Source: an uncultured Clostridiaceae bacterium
GTDB taxonomy: Bacteria > Bacillota > Clostridia > Monoglobales > Firm-18
DNA length: 64,000 nt
Direction of reading: 5' to 3'
NCBI GenBank assembly: GCA_964573775.1
Contig: CAZNKU010000002.1
Location: 9,286-73,285, forward strand
Part shown: positions 56,379 to 64,000 of the stretch, in pieces
How the letters are laid out: the number at the start of each line of letters is the position of its first letter
How positions within the stretch are numbered: position 1 is the stretch's first letter
Position numbers and translations under genes: made by a program
The notes under the pieces: generated by a model
What the model saw: the letters and a program-made list of their open reading frames with translations, nothing else
What the model was told of the DNA's origin: nothing
Databases searched by the model: none

Positions 56379-57070
56379 ATGAATTTGTCAAATCCGTTTA
56401 AAAAGCTTACCCATTTTGAATTGGGTTTGTGGTTTACATCTGTTATTGTAACAGCTATATCCTTTTTGGTGTCGGGAGGTGGAGATATTTTAACACTTAT
56501 AGCATCACTTATCGGTGTTACCGCACTTATTTTTCTGGCAAAGGGTTATGTTATAGGTCAGGTGCTCTGTATTATATTTGCAATTTTTACGGTATTATAT
56601 CATTTTATTTTAAATATTACGGAGAAATGCTCACGTATTTGTGTATGACCACGCCCGTTGCATTTGCATCTTTAATATCGTGGATAAGACATCCTTATAA
56701 GGATTCCGAAGAGGTAGAAGTCAGCAGGGTAACTAAAAAACACAAAGTTTTACTTGTGGTTTACACAATACTTGTAACGGTAATATTTTACTCTATACTT
56801 TCGGCACTTGATAATGCCAATTTACTTTTCAGCGTAATTTCTGTCAGCACAAGTTTTGTGGCATCTTATCTTACATACTTAAGAAGTCCATACTACGCAC
56901 TTGGTTATGCAGCAAACGATGTTGTACTTATAATACTTTGGGTGCTGGCATCTATTGAGGATATCAGCTATATGCCGATGATAATGTGTTTTGTAATGTT
57001 TTTGTTAAATGATATTTATGGCTTTTATAACTGGAAGCGTATGCAAAGTTGTCAGTCGGCTGACATATAA
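56379..57070 (+). pseudogene. pnuC: Nicotinamide riboside transporter PnuC, interrupted by a 1-nt frameshift in a T5 run (56584-56588)
   Basis: The N-terminal part (..GQVLCIIFAIF) is in the frame of 56346-56648 and the rest (YGIISFYFKYYGEM..) in the frame of 56429-57070; one extra T joins them. Confidence 0.75.
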
Positions 57071-57073
57071 AAA

Positions 57074-57110
57074 CGGCAGAGAATGCAATTCATTCTCTGC
57101 CGTTAATTTT
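57074..57110 (+). terminator. Terminator after pnuC
   Basis: CGGCAGAGAATG (57074-57085) / CATTCTCTGCCG (57091-57102), then TTAATTTT. Confidence 0.8.
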
Positions 57111-57149
57111 CTATAATACACAAAAGTGTACCTTAACCCTACAAGATTG
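57107..57149 (+). repeat. Intergenic structured repeat, copy 3 (truncated core only)
   Basis: TTTTCTATAATACACAAAAGTGTACCTTAACCCTACAAGATTG matches the core of copies 1 and 2 in the opposite orientation. Confidence 0.7.
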
Positions 57150-57152
57150 TTT

Positions 57153-57803
57153 TTATTTTGCTACATTTTCAAAGGGGGTTTTGCTGAATATTTCTTTTGT
57201 AATACCGTTATCCAGTACCAAATATCTTTCGGTAACTTCAACTGTTTTGTTGTAAGAATCCGGTTTGGATACGTATCTTACAATTATAATATTATCCACT
57301 CTGGTATATGTTCCGCTGTATACTATCTTTCCTTCCGAATTTTCTGAATCCACAGTACCGTCATCCATAAACCACAGGCGTTCAACAACTTTTCCGTCTT
57401 CTTCATACGCGAAGGCACAGTTCCAAAGTTTTTCGTTACTGGTTTTTCCTTTGTAGACCTTATCTTTTCTGTAAATAAAATCGTCAGATGTCTGAACAAA
57501 TGTATACGCATCACTGCTTTCGTAGGTAAGGGTTATTTCATTATTGTTTTGCGACCATGTACCTTTGCTTACATCTGCAGTGCTTTCATCAGTCTGAACT
57601 GTGTATGAAAATGTATTATCTTTGTTGAATTGCAGACGCTTATCGGTAGCTTGCTGATAGTAGTATATACCCTCACCGCTGTATACTTTATTGTTTATGT
57701 TACGATAAATTTTTACACCTGCTATTACTGCTATAATTATTACAATTGCAATAATTCCCAAAAAGATTTTTTTGTTTTTCTTATTTATAAATTTAGATGC
57801 CAA
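57153..57803 (-). CDS. Membrane-anchored hypothetical protein
   Basis: N-terminal TM, then a beta-rich ectodomain of about 180 aa; no recognisable motifs. Confidence 0.35.
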   Translation of the reverse strand: MASKFINKKNKKIFLGIIAIVIIIAVIAGVKIYRNINNKVYSGEGIYYYQQATDKRLQFNKDNTFSYTVQTDESTADVSKGTWSQNNNEITLTYESSDAYTFVQTSDDFIYRKDKVYKGKTSNEKLWNCAFAYEEDGKVVERLWFMDDGTVDSENSEGKIVYSGTYTRVDNIIIVRYVSKPDSYNKTVEVTERYLVLDNGITKEIFSKTPFENVAK

Positions 57804-57863
57804 TTTTCCTCATTCCTTTCATTGCAATTATACATTGTTTGCAGGAGATTGTCAATAAAATTA

Positions 57864-58553
57864 CTATTTTTTACTTGCATGATAGTCTTTCGTGTTGCAA
57901 AGAATATCTGCAAGCATTGCGCGTGTTATTTTGATGTACGGTCGAAAACTGCCGTCTTCGTAACCTTTCATCAACCCGTAGTCAGAAGCATTTTTTACGG
58001 CTGTAACCGCATATTTTGGTATAAGGTAGCTGTCGGAATATTCGGTAGCGGAAAAGGTGTTGTCAAGACCTAACATATTATTTAAAATTATGGCACACTC
58101 AAGTCTGGATATTTTTTCATCATAATTAAAGTATAGCTTATCTTTTTCTATATTCCCATTTATAATACCATGTTCATACATGGCACAAACCGTAGGGAGT
58201 TGCCATTGCGGTATAGAAGATGTGTCTGCAAAAGGCAGGTTAATGGTTTTGGAGGAGCTCTTTTTTAAAATTGTATTAAGATACAGCAAAAACTCTCCTC
58301 TTGTTATATGTTCATCCGGCAAAAAGTAATTTGTTTCACCTATTTTTATTCCTTTGAAAATACCTTCGTTATACAGCCTTTCGGCGGCATAATTACACCA
58401 ATGTGCATTTGTGTCAGCGTAGATTTGTTCTGCTTTGTCAGTTTCTTTAAATGCAGGTTTTACAAAAAAACCATCATAGGTTAATTTAAAAGCATTTACA
58501 TTTGATGTAACAAATGTAAACAAAAACAATAATACTGATATTTTTCTTTTCAT
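57864..58553 (-). CDS. Secreted protein with three SLH (S-layer homology) domains
   Basis: Signal peptide; three FxD..W-type repeats with ITRGEF / ISRLECA / ITRAMLA segments. Confidence 0.6.
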   Translation of the reverse strand: MKRKISVLLFLFTFVTSNVNAFKLTYDGFFVKPAFKETDKAEQIYADTNAHWCNYAAERLYNEGIFKGIKIGETNYFLPDEHITRGEFLLYLNTILKKSSSKTINLPFADTSSIPQWQLPTVCAMYEHGIINGNIEKDKLYFNYDEKISRLECAIILNNMLGLDNTFSATEYSDSYLIPKYAVTAVKNASDYGLMKGYEDGSFRPYIKITRAMLADILCNTKDYHASKK

Positions 58554-58678
58554 CCCAAATCCTCCTTTTATTAGTATTTTTATCTTTGGCTAATATGTTA
58601 TGCTGAAAAAATATTACAGTTTGTACAATTAATTCATAATAATTTTTTGTAAAAATATAATTAAACTGAGGTGATTCA

Positions 58679-59824
58679 ATGAACTGTTTTGTAAAGGAAA
58701 GTTACGGTGTTATATGGCATTTTTATCATAATGCTCACGGGATATGCTATTGTAAAATGACGGATGAAAATATTACGGAATACAATGTTCTTCTGGCAGA
58801 CGGACAGGAGGATTTTGATGTTTTGGTGGATGATTCCAACTGTATACATATGGTGTATCAAAACAGAGAGGGTGATATATTGTATGCAAATCACTTTAAC
58901 GGACAGTGGCGCAAAACCACCTTGTTGGAAAGTAAAAGCCGTGAATATTATCCCAAAAATTTTACATTAAAAAGAATTAATAATTGGCTTAATTTACTTT
59001 ACTGTATTGAATATAACGGAAGAAAAATGCTTACTCATCAGATTATTGACAGTACACGGGGTACACCTGAGGTTATAGACTGTATAAAGGATGATTTTTG
59101 CAGCGTACAGGATTCGTCAGGAAATATAATATTGCTCTATTACAGCGAAACACATAAATCATACGGAATACGCAGGTTTGTGTGGAGTAAGAAGGAATGG
59201 GATGATTTCAGTGCTATGTCTGCACTTGAAAGTTGCAATAATATATTTTTGTTTTCTGATGCACAGGATTGTCTGCATATATTGTATGACAAAAATTACA
59301 GCATCTATGAATTTTTCGACGGTGTTGAAAATATGATTGGTACCGGACAAAGACCATTGATGTTTTATCAAAAAGAAAATGTTATTATGTGGGAGGGAGT
59401 TTCTGATAACAAAATTTACATAAAAAAAGAATCTGACAGCGCACCTACAGTTATAATGTCCGGCAGTTTTTCAAAGCCTGTGCGTTTTGGACTAAGGTAT
59501 ACAACTTATGAGGACGGAATTATTGCGGATAGCTGTTCGGGTAATATAATAAACAGCAGCATAAGGATGTACGGTATAAACAATTTTTTCTTAATTTCCC
59601 CCACATCACCAATAAATATGAATATAAGCAATAATGACGCAGATGATGTTGCATACAGGGAAATGCAAAAATTAAAGATAAAAATAAACAGGTTGAGTGA
59701 TATGGTGGAAAAAATGCAGATTCAGTTGGATGAATATGATATAAAAAAAACAGACCGCCGTTTAAAAGAATTGGAAACGGCGGTCAATAAAACCAATAAA
59801 AATAAACTTTTTGGTCTGTTTTAA
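58679..59824 (+). CDS. Hypothetical protein: repeated beta-sheet N-region plus C-terminal coiled coil
   Basis: Recurrent hydrophobic-YxN/Y blocks (IHMVYQN, NLLYCIEYN, IILLYYSE, LHILYDKN); heptad-like tail REMQKLKIKINRLSDMVEKMQIQL. Confidence 0.3.
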   Translation: MNCFVKESYGVIWHFYHNAHGICYCKMTDENITEYNVLLADGQEDFDVLVDDSNCIHMVYQNREGDILYANHFNGQWRKTTLLESKSREYYPKNFTLKRINNWLNLLYCIEYNGRKMLTHQIIDSTRGTPEVIDCIKDDFCSVQDSSGNIILLYYSETHKSYGIRRFVWSKKEWDDFSAMSALESCNNIFLFSDAQDCLHILYDKNYSIYEFFDGVENMIGTGQRPLMFYQKENVIMWEGVSDNKIYIKKESDSAPTVIMSGSFSKPVRFGLRYTTYEDGIIADSCSGNIINSSIRMYGINNFFLISPTSPINMNISNNDADDVAYREMQKLKIKINRLSDMVEKMQIQLDEYDIKKTDRRLKELETAVNKTNKNKLFGLF

Positions 59825-60867
59825 TTGCTCAGCTGAACACTAAGCCAAATATCTGAATATTTTTCGGTTACGCTTGCTGAATATGTGTAGGTTTCGCAGT
59901 TTGCAAGGGTTTCTGCAGACGGATAATACACCTCCGTATCGGATTCCTCTTCGGGTTTAGTACCCAAAACAGGAGATACATAACCGGTTTCAATCATGTT
60001 TTTCTGTGCAATATCCTGACTGCACACAAAGTCAATAAATTTCATTGCAAGCTCTTTTTGCTTACCTGTTTTTAAAACAACGAATCCGTCAACCCATTTG
60101 TTACTGCCTTCTTTGGGAACAGCATAGCTTAGCTCATCGTTTTCGTCAAGAGAAAGTGCGTATGCTGCCTCACCGGAATAAGCAAGTGTAAGTAAGCCTT
60201 CTCCTGCAACCATTTTATCTACCATTTCATCGGTAATATATGCCTGAACAAGAGGTTTTTGTTTTATAAGAAGGTCCTTAGCCTGATCCAGCTCGGCTTC
60301 ATCAGTAGAATTTACACTGTAACCAAGGTGTATAAGTGCAACTCCAAGAGCGTCGCGTACACTGTCAAGCATAAATATCTGACCTTTGTATTTTGCGTCA
60401 AATAGCATAGAGTATGTGACATCCTCTTCCTCAACACCTGTCTTTGCTTTGTTGTATAAGATACCGACAGTGCCTACCATATAAGGAATGCTGTACTGGT
60501 TGCCGGGATCGTAGACAGGGTTAAGGTATTGCTCGTCCAGATTCGAAATATTTGGCATAATTGATTTATCAAGCTTTTCTGCTCTGCCTTCCTGAATAAG
60601 TCTGTCTATATAATAGTCGGACGGAACAACAATATCATAGGTGTATGTGTTGTTTGCAATCTGTACATACATACTTTCATTGCTGTCAAATTCATCATAT
60701 ACAACCTTACAGTTATAAAGCTCTTCAAATTCCTCTATTACTGCAGGGTCAATATATTTGCCGGCGTTGTATATTTTAAGAACCGGGCGATTGTCTCCGC
60801 AGGAAGAAAAAAGCAGTGCAGTAAAACAAATCAGTAATATTAAACTAATTTTTTTCAATTTCCACAT
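59821..60867 (-). CDS. potD: Spermidine/putrescine ABC transporter substrate-binding lipoprotein
   Basis: Lipobox LFSSC; PotD-like length and operon context. Confidence 0.85.
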   Translation of the reverse strand: MWKLKKISLILLICFTALLFSSCGDNRPVLKIYNAGKYIDPAVIEEFEELYNCKVVYDEFDSNESMYVQIANNTYTYDIVVPSDYYIDRLIQEGRAEKLDKSIMPNISNLDEQYLNPVYDPGNQYSIPYMVGTVGILYNKAKTGVEEEDVTYSMLFDAKYKGQIFMLDSVRDALGVALIHLGYSVNSTDEAELDQAKDLLIKQKPLVQAYITDEMVDKMVAGEGLLTLAYSGEAAYALSLDENDELSYAVPKEGSNKWVDGFVVLKTGKQKELAMKFIDFVCSQDIAQKNMIETGYVSPVLGTKPEEESDTEVYYPSAETLANCETYTYSASVTEKYSDIWLSVQLSN

Positions 60868-61627
60868 CTCCTTTACCTGATCTTCTGTTAATAATAAGGA
60901 GAAGTACCATTACCGCTACAAACAACAGTGTTGAAAGGGCGTTAATGCTTGGAACAACACCTCTTTTTGCCATATTGTATACATGTACCGACAATGTATT
61001 TACACCTGGACCTTTGGCAAACAGACTTATTACAAAGTCGTCTATTGAAAGGGTTATTGAAAGTAGGAAGCCTGATATTATTCCGGGCATAATTTCCGGC
61101 AATATTATGCGGAAAAATGTGTATGTTCCGCTTGCTCCCAAATCCTGAGCCGCTTCAAATAAATGTTCGTTCATCTGCTTTAATTTTGGTAAAATCGAAA
61201 GTATAACATACGGTATGTTGAAGGATATGTGTGCAATCAGCAAGGTCCAGAAGCCCTTTTGTATGTTAAGTGTAAGAAAAAGCATAAGCAGTGAAACACC
61301 TGTTACAATATCAGGATTCATAACAGGAAGATATGAAATACCTGACAAAATTGCACGTGGTTTTTTCTTCATATAATGCATACCGAATGCTGTGACTGTT
61401 CCAACTATTGTAGCAATAACCGCAGAAAGTAAGGCAATAAGTATGGTGGTTTTAAGTGCATCCATAGTTTCTGCATCTCTGAAAAGCTCACCGTACCACT
61501 TCAGTGTGAAGCCGCCCCATTTGCCTCTTGAACGTGAATCGTTAAACGAATACAGCATAAGAATAAAAATAGGGGCATATAAAAATATAAATACAAGACC
61601 TACATATATTTTTTTTGCAAACCTCAT
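60845..61627 (-). CDS. potC: Spermidine/putrescine ABC permease PotC
   Basis: 6-TM BPD permease with EAAQDLGAS motif. Confidence 0.85.
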   Translation of the reverse strand: MRFAKKIYVGLVFIFLYAPIFILMLYSFNDSRSRGKWGGFTLKWYGELFRDAETMDALKTTILIALLSAVIATIVGTVTAFGMHYMKKKPRAILSGISYLPVMNPDIVTGVSLLMLFLTLNIQKGFWTLLIAHISFNIPYVILSILPKLKQMNEHLFEAAQDLGASGTYTFFRIILPEIMPGIISGFLLSITLSIDDFVISLFAKGPGVNTLSVHVYNMAKRGVVPSINALSTLLFVAVMVLLLIINRRSGKGDVEIEKN

Positions 61628-62451
61628 ATCAAGCCGCCTCCTTCCGAATTGTCGTCAGGATTAAGCTTATTTGAAATTGCCATAGAAATCAGTATAACTA
61701 TAATCAGTATAAGTGAAAGCGCACCGCCAAATGATGAGGTACTGCTTACTTCCATAAACTGTTTTTCTATAATATTGCCTATAAGCATCTGCTGACCTCC
61801 GCCCAAAAGCTTTGAAATTACAAAGGTTGTAACAGCAGGCATAAACACCATAGCTATTCCCGAATATACGCCGGGCATACTAAGGGGTAGTTCAACGCGC
61901 ATAAATGTCTGAAATCTGTTGGCACCAAGGTCGTATGATGCCTGTATGACATTTTTATCCTGTTTTGCCAATACTGTATATATAGGCAAAATCATAAATG
62001 GCAGGTAGTTGTATACCATACCTAAAAGTACAGCACCTTCGTTATAAAGAAGCTGGTAAGGTCCGAGATTGAAAAATCCCAGAATTTTATTTATTATTCC
62101 GTTGTTTTCTAAAATTGTAAGCCACGCGTATGTTCTGAGCAAAAAGTTCATCCACATGGGTGCAATTACAAGAAATAATAGGGTATCTTTTTGTTTAAAA
62201 GATGTTTTTGCAAGAATCATTGCTACAGGATAACCTATAAGCAAACAAAGTACAGTGCAGTACAGCGCTAATTTGAAGGAATAAAGTATAACCTTCAAAT
62301 ACAGCGGATCAAAGCACTTTTGTATATAGTGCATAGTAAAAGTGCCGGTTGACTGGTCATAAACACTGTAAAAAAGTACCATAACCAACGGAATAACGGT
62401 AAAAAGTATAGCCCATACTACATATGGATAAGCTGATACAGATTTTTTCAT
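61624..62451 (-). CDS. potB: Spermidine/putrescine ABC permease PotB
   Basis: BPD permease with ASYDLGAN motif; 4-nt overlaps on both sides. Confidence 0.85.
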   Translation of the reverse strand: MKKSVSAYPYVVWAILFTVIPLVMVLFYSVYDQSTGTFTMHYIQKCFDPLYLKVILYSFKLALYCTVLCLLIGYPVAMILAKTSFKQKDTLLFLVIAPMWMNFLLRTYAWLTILENNGIINKILGFFNLGPYQLLYNEGAVLLGMVYNYLPFMILPIYTVLAKQDKNVIQASYDLGANRFQTFMRVELPLSMPGVYSGIAMVFMPAVTTFVISKLLGGGQQMLIGNIIEKQFMEVSSTSSFGGALSLILIIVILISMAISNKLNPDDNSEGGGLI

Positions 62452-63500
62452 TCCGTTTCTTCCGCCTTTCTCATAATGTGTATATCATCAGGGTATATAT
62501 CCATACCAACATTGCTTCCCGCAGGAGCCATTTTTGTAGAATGAACTGTCCATACGTAATTATCCGATGAAATTTTCATTTCGTAGTGAACACCCTTGAA
62601 AATTACTGAATCAACATGACCTTTAAGCATACCGTCATCAGGATTTTCAACAACTTTTATATCTTCGGGGCGTATAACTACATCAACAGGATTGTTTTCG
62701 CCAAAATCCTTGTCTACACATACGAAATCTTTATCTGCAAAGTTAACAAGCAAATCCTTTTTCATAATACCGTCAATTATGTTACTTTCACCTATAAAGT
62801 CTGCAACAAAAGCATTGTTAGGTTCATTATATATATCAACGGGACTACCCATTTGCTGGATAACACCGTTTTTCATAACAACTATTGTATCAGACATTGT
62901 AAGAGCTTCTTCCTGGTCGTGAGTAACATATATAAATGTAATACCAAGACGTTGCTGTATTTTTTTAAGCTCGGTCTGCATGCTTTTTCTCAGTTTAAGG
63001 TCAAGTGCACCCAATGGTTCATCCAGAAGCAGAACTTCCGGTTCGTTAATAAGAGCACGGGCTATTGCCACACGCTGTTGCTGACCGCCGCTTAAGGAAG
63101 TTACTGAGCGTTTTTCATATCCTTTAAGGTTTATAAGGGCAAGCATTTCTTTTACTTTTTTGTCAATTACATCCTTAGGCGCCTTTTTGATTTTAAGACC
63201 GAACGCAACATTTTCATATACATTCATGTGCGGAAAAAGTGCATATTTTTGAAAAACTGTATTTAAATTTCTCTTGTTTGGAGGAAGGTCATTTATATTA
63301 ACTCCATCAAAAAAAACGTTGCCATCATCGGCCGTTTCAAAGCCACCGATAATTCTGAGCATAGTAGTTTTACCGCAACCACTTGGCCCCAGCAACGTAA
63401 AAAATTCATTTCGTTTAATTGACAGATTAATTGAATCCAAAACTTTTTCATCATTAAATGTTTTTGTTACGTTTTCTAAACGTATAACATCTTGTTTCAT
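62448..63500 (-). CDS. potA: Spermidine/putrescine ABC ATPase PotA
   Basis: [25 protein letters not shown]-terminal TOBE-like domain. Confidence 0.9.
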   Translation of the reverse strand: MKQDVIRLENVTKTFNDEKVLDSINLSIKRNEFFTLLGPSGCGKTTMLRIIGGFETADDGNVFFDGVNINDLPPNKRNLNTVFQKYALFPHMNVYENVAFGLKIKKAPKDVIDKKVKEMLALINLKGYEKRSVTSLSGGQQQRVAIARALINEPEVLLLDEPLGALDLKLRKSMQTELKKIQQRLGITFIYVTHDQEEALTMSDTIVVMKNGVIQQMGSPVDIYNEPNNAFVADFIGESNIIDGIMKKDLLVNFADKDFVCVDKDFGENNPVDVVIRPEDIKVVENPDDGMLKGHVDSVIFKGVHYEMKISSDNYVWTVHSTKMAPAGSNVGMDIYPDDIHIMRKAEETE

Positions 63501-63532
63501 TTATCAAACCCCTTCCTGTTTTCAATACAATC

Positions 63533-63561
63533 ATAGTATAATTTTTTTGGCGTTTTGTCAA
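63533..63561 (-). promoter_or_regulatory. Candidate potABCD promoter
   Basis: Minus strand TTGACA-N17-TACTAT. Confidence 0.5.
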
Positions 63562-63613
63562 TATAAAATTGGAAATTTGTAAAAATAATTACATATTAAC
63601 AATAAAAGATATA

Positions 63614-63642
63614 TTGAAATTATGTTTGGTTGGTGATATAAT
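63614..63642 (+). promoter_or_regulatory. Candidate promoter of the terminal partial gene
   Basis: TTGAAA-N17-TATAAT with TGn. Confidence 0.5.
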
Positions 63643-63672
63643 AAACGGTAGTATTTATTATCGGAGGTTATT

Positions 63673-64000
63673 ATGGGTTTAATAGCATTATTTACTTTTA
63701 TTATTCTACTGTGTTATCTGATATATAACAGAAGTAACATTATTTCTTCAATTGCAGAATTCAGGTACGGTACCGGGCATGCTGAAAATGCTCTGAAACT
63801 TTATAAGTTTGCGGATAAAATCGGTAAAATGAAGTTCGTACACCGTGTAAGAAGAGCATATCTTACCTTAAAGGAAGGAGATATTGACGAGGCAAACAAG
63901 CTGTTTGTACTCATTTCTATGGACAAGCTAAAGCCCGAACAGCGTGCAAAGCTTAAGGAGTCTCATGCTCTTGTGGCGTGGAAGCGGGGAGATGTTGCCG
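63673..64000 (+). CDS. Membrane-anchored helical-repeat (TPR-like) protein, N-terminal part (3' end outside window)
   Basis: GGAGG RBS; hand translation MGLIALFTFIILLCYLIYN..ALKLYKFADKIG..; open to the window end. Confidence 0.45.
   Translation, partial: MGLIALFTFIILLCYLIYNRSNIISSIAEFRYGTGHAENALKLYKFADKIGKMKFVHRVRRAYLTLKEGDIDEANKLFVLISMDKLKPEQRAKLKESHALVAWKRGDVA

Noticed and set aside
56429-56584. N-terminal 50 or so residues of track ORF 56429-57070, and the upstream extension 56346-56378
   Set aside because: They are out-of-frame read-through of the pnuC 5' part. The real start is the ATG at 56379 after GGAGG, and the real break is the T5 frameshift.
1-64000. Scan for tRNA, rRNA, CRISPR arrays, transposases, integrases, phage genes, toxin-antitoxin pairs and known defence-system domains
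   Set aside because: Nothing seen by eye: no cloverleaf-like GC-rich blocks, no regularly spaced repeats, no DDE, tyrosine or serine recombinase motifs in any ORF. The only accessory-looking block is the glycan operon.

Overview
AT-rich chromosomal segment of a spore-forming Firmicute, probably a Clostridia member. That placement is inferred from an alpha/beta SASP, CwlD, a SleB-like hydrolase, RicT/YaaT, the darA-holB-yaaT synteny and a clostridial ferredoxin. Most of the window is core housekeeping: a partial aminotransferase, M20 peptidase, HAD hydrolase, ROK glucokinase, feoAB, mtnN-ychF, a P-type ATPase, an OPT transporter, ECF energizing module plus truA, rho, mecA and potABCD. The main accessory region is a roughly 19-kb single-strand Wzx/Wzy glycan operon (7852-26962). 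It pairs the usual parts (DegT aminotransferase, PglC-like priming transferase, two GT2, three GT4, two LbH acyltransferases, pyruvyl transferase, Wzy, Wzx) with three ATP-grasp ligases (a Ddl, a TupA-like amidoligase, a sugar-transfer-associated ATP-grasp). It also carries a sugar-1-kinase / nucleotidyltransferase / UDP-glucuronate-4-epimerase-like module. I read this as a candidate peptide- or amino-acid-amidated uronic-acid polysaccharide; this is my best candidate for an undescribed system, and it is inference only. Other observations: a yybP-ykoY-like riboswitch with promoter and terminator upstream of the P-type ATPase; a modular, hairpin-rich intergenic repeat in three copies, one inserted between that riboswitch and its gene; pnuC frameshifted in a T5 run; an aminotransferase-fold protein whose PLP lysine is Glu; an OPT-PqqD-like coupled pair; a GT-C::GtrA / GtrB-like / long LtaS-like operon; a fused EcfA1-EcfA2; a tandem OB-fold SSB-like protein; repeated palindromes at the feo promoter; and a 56-aa ferredoxin missing from the ORF track. 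I saw no tRNA, rRNA, CRISPR array, transposase or integrase.
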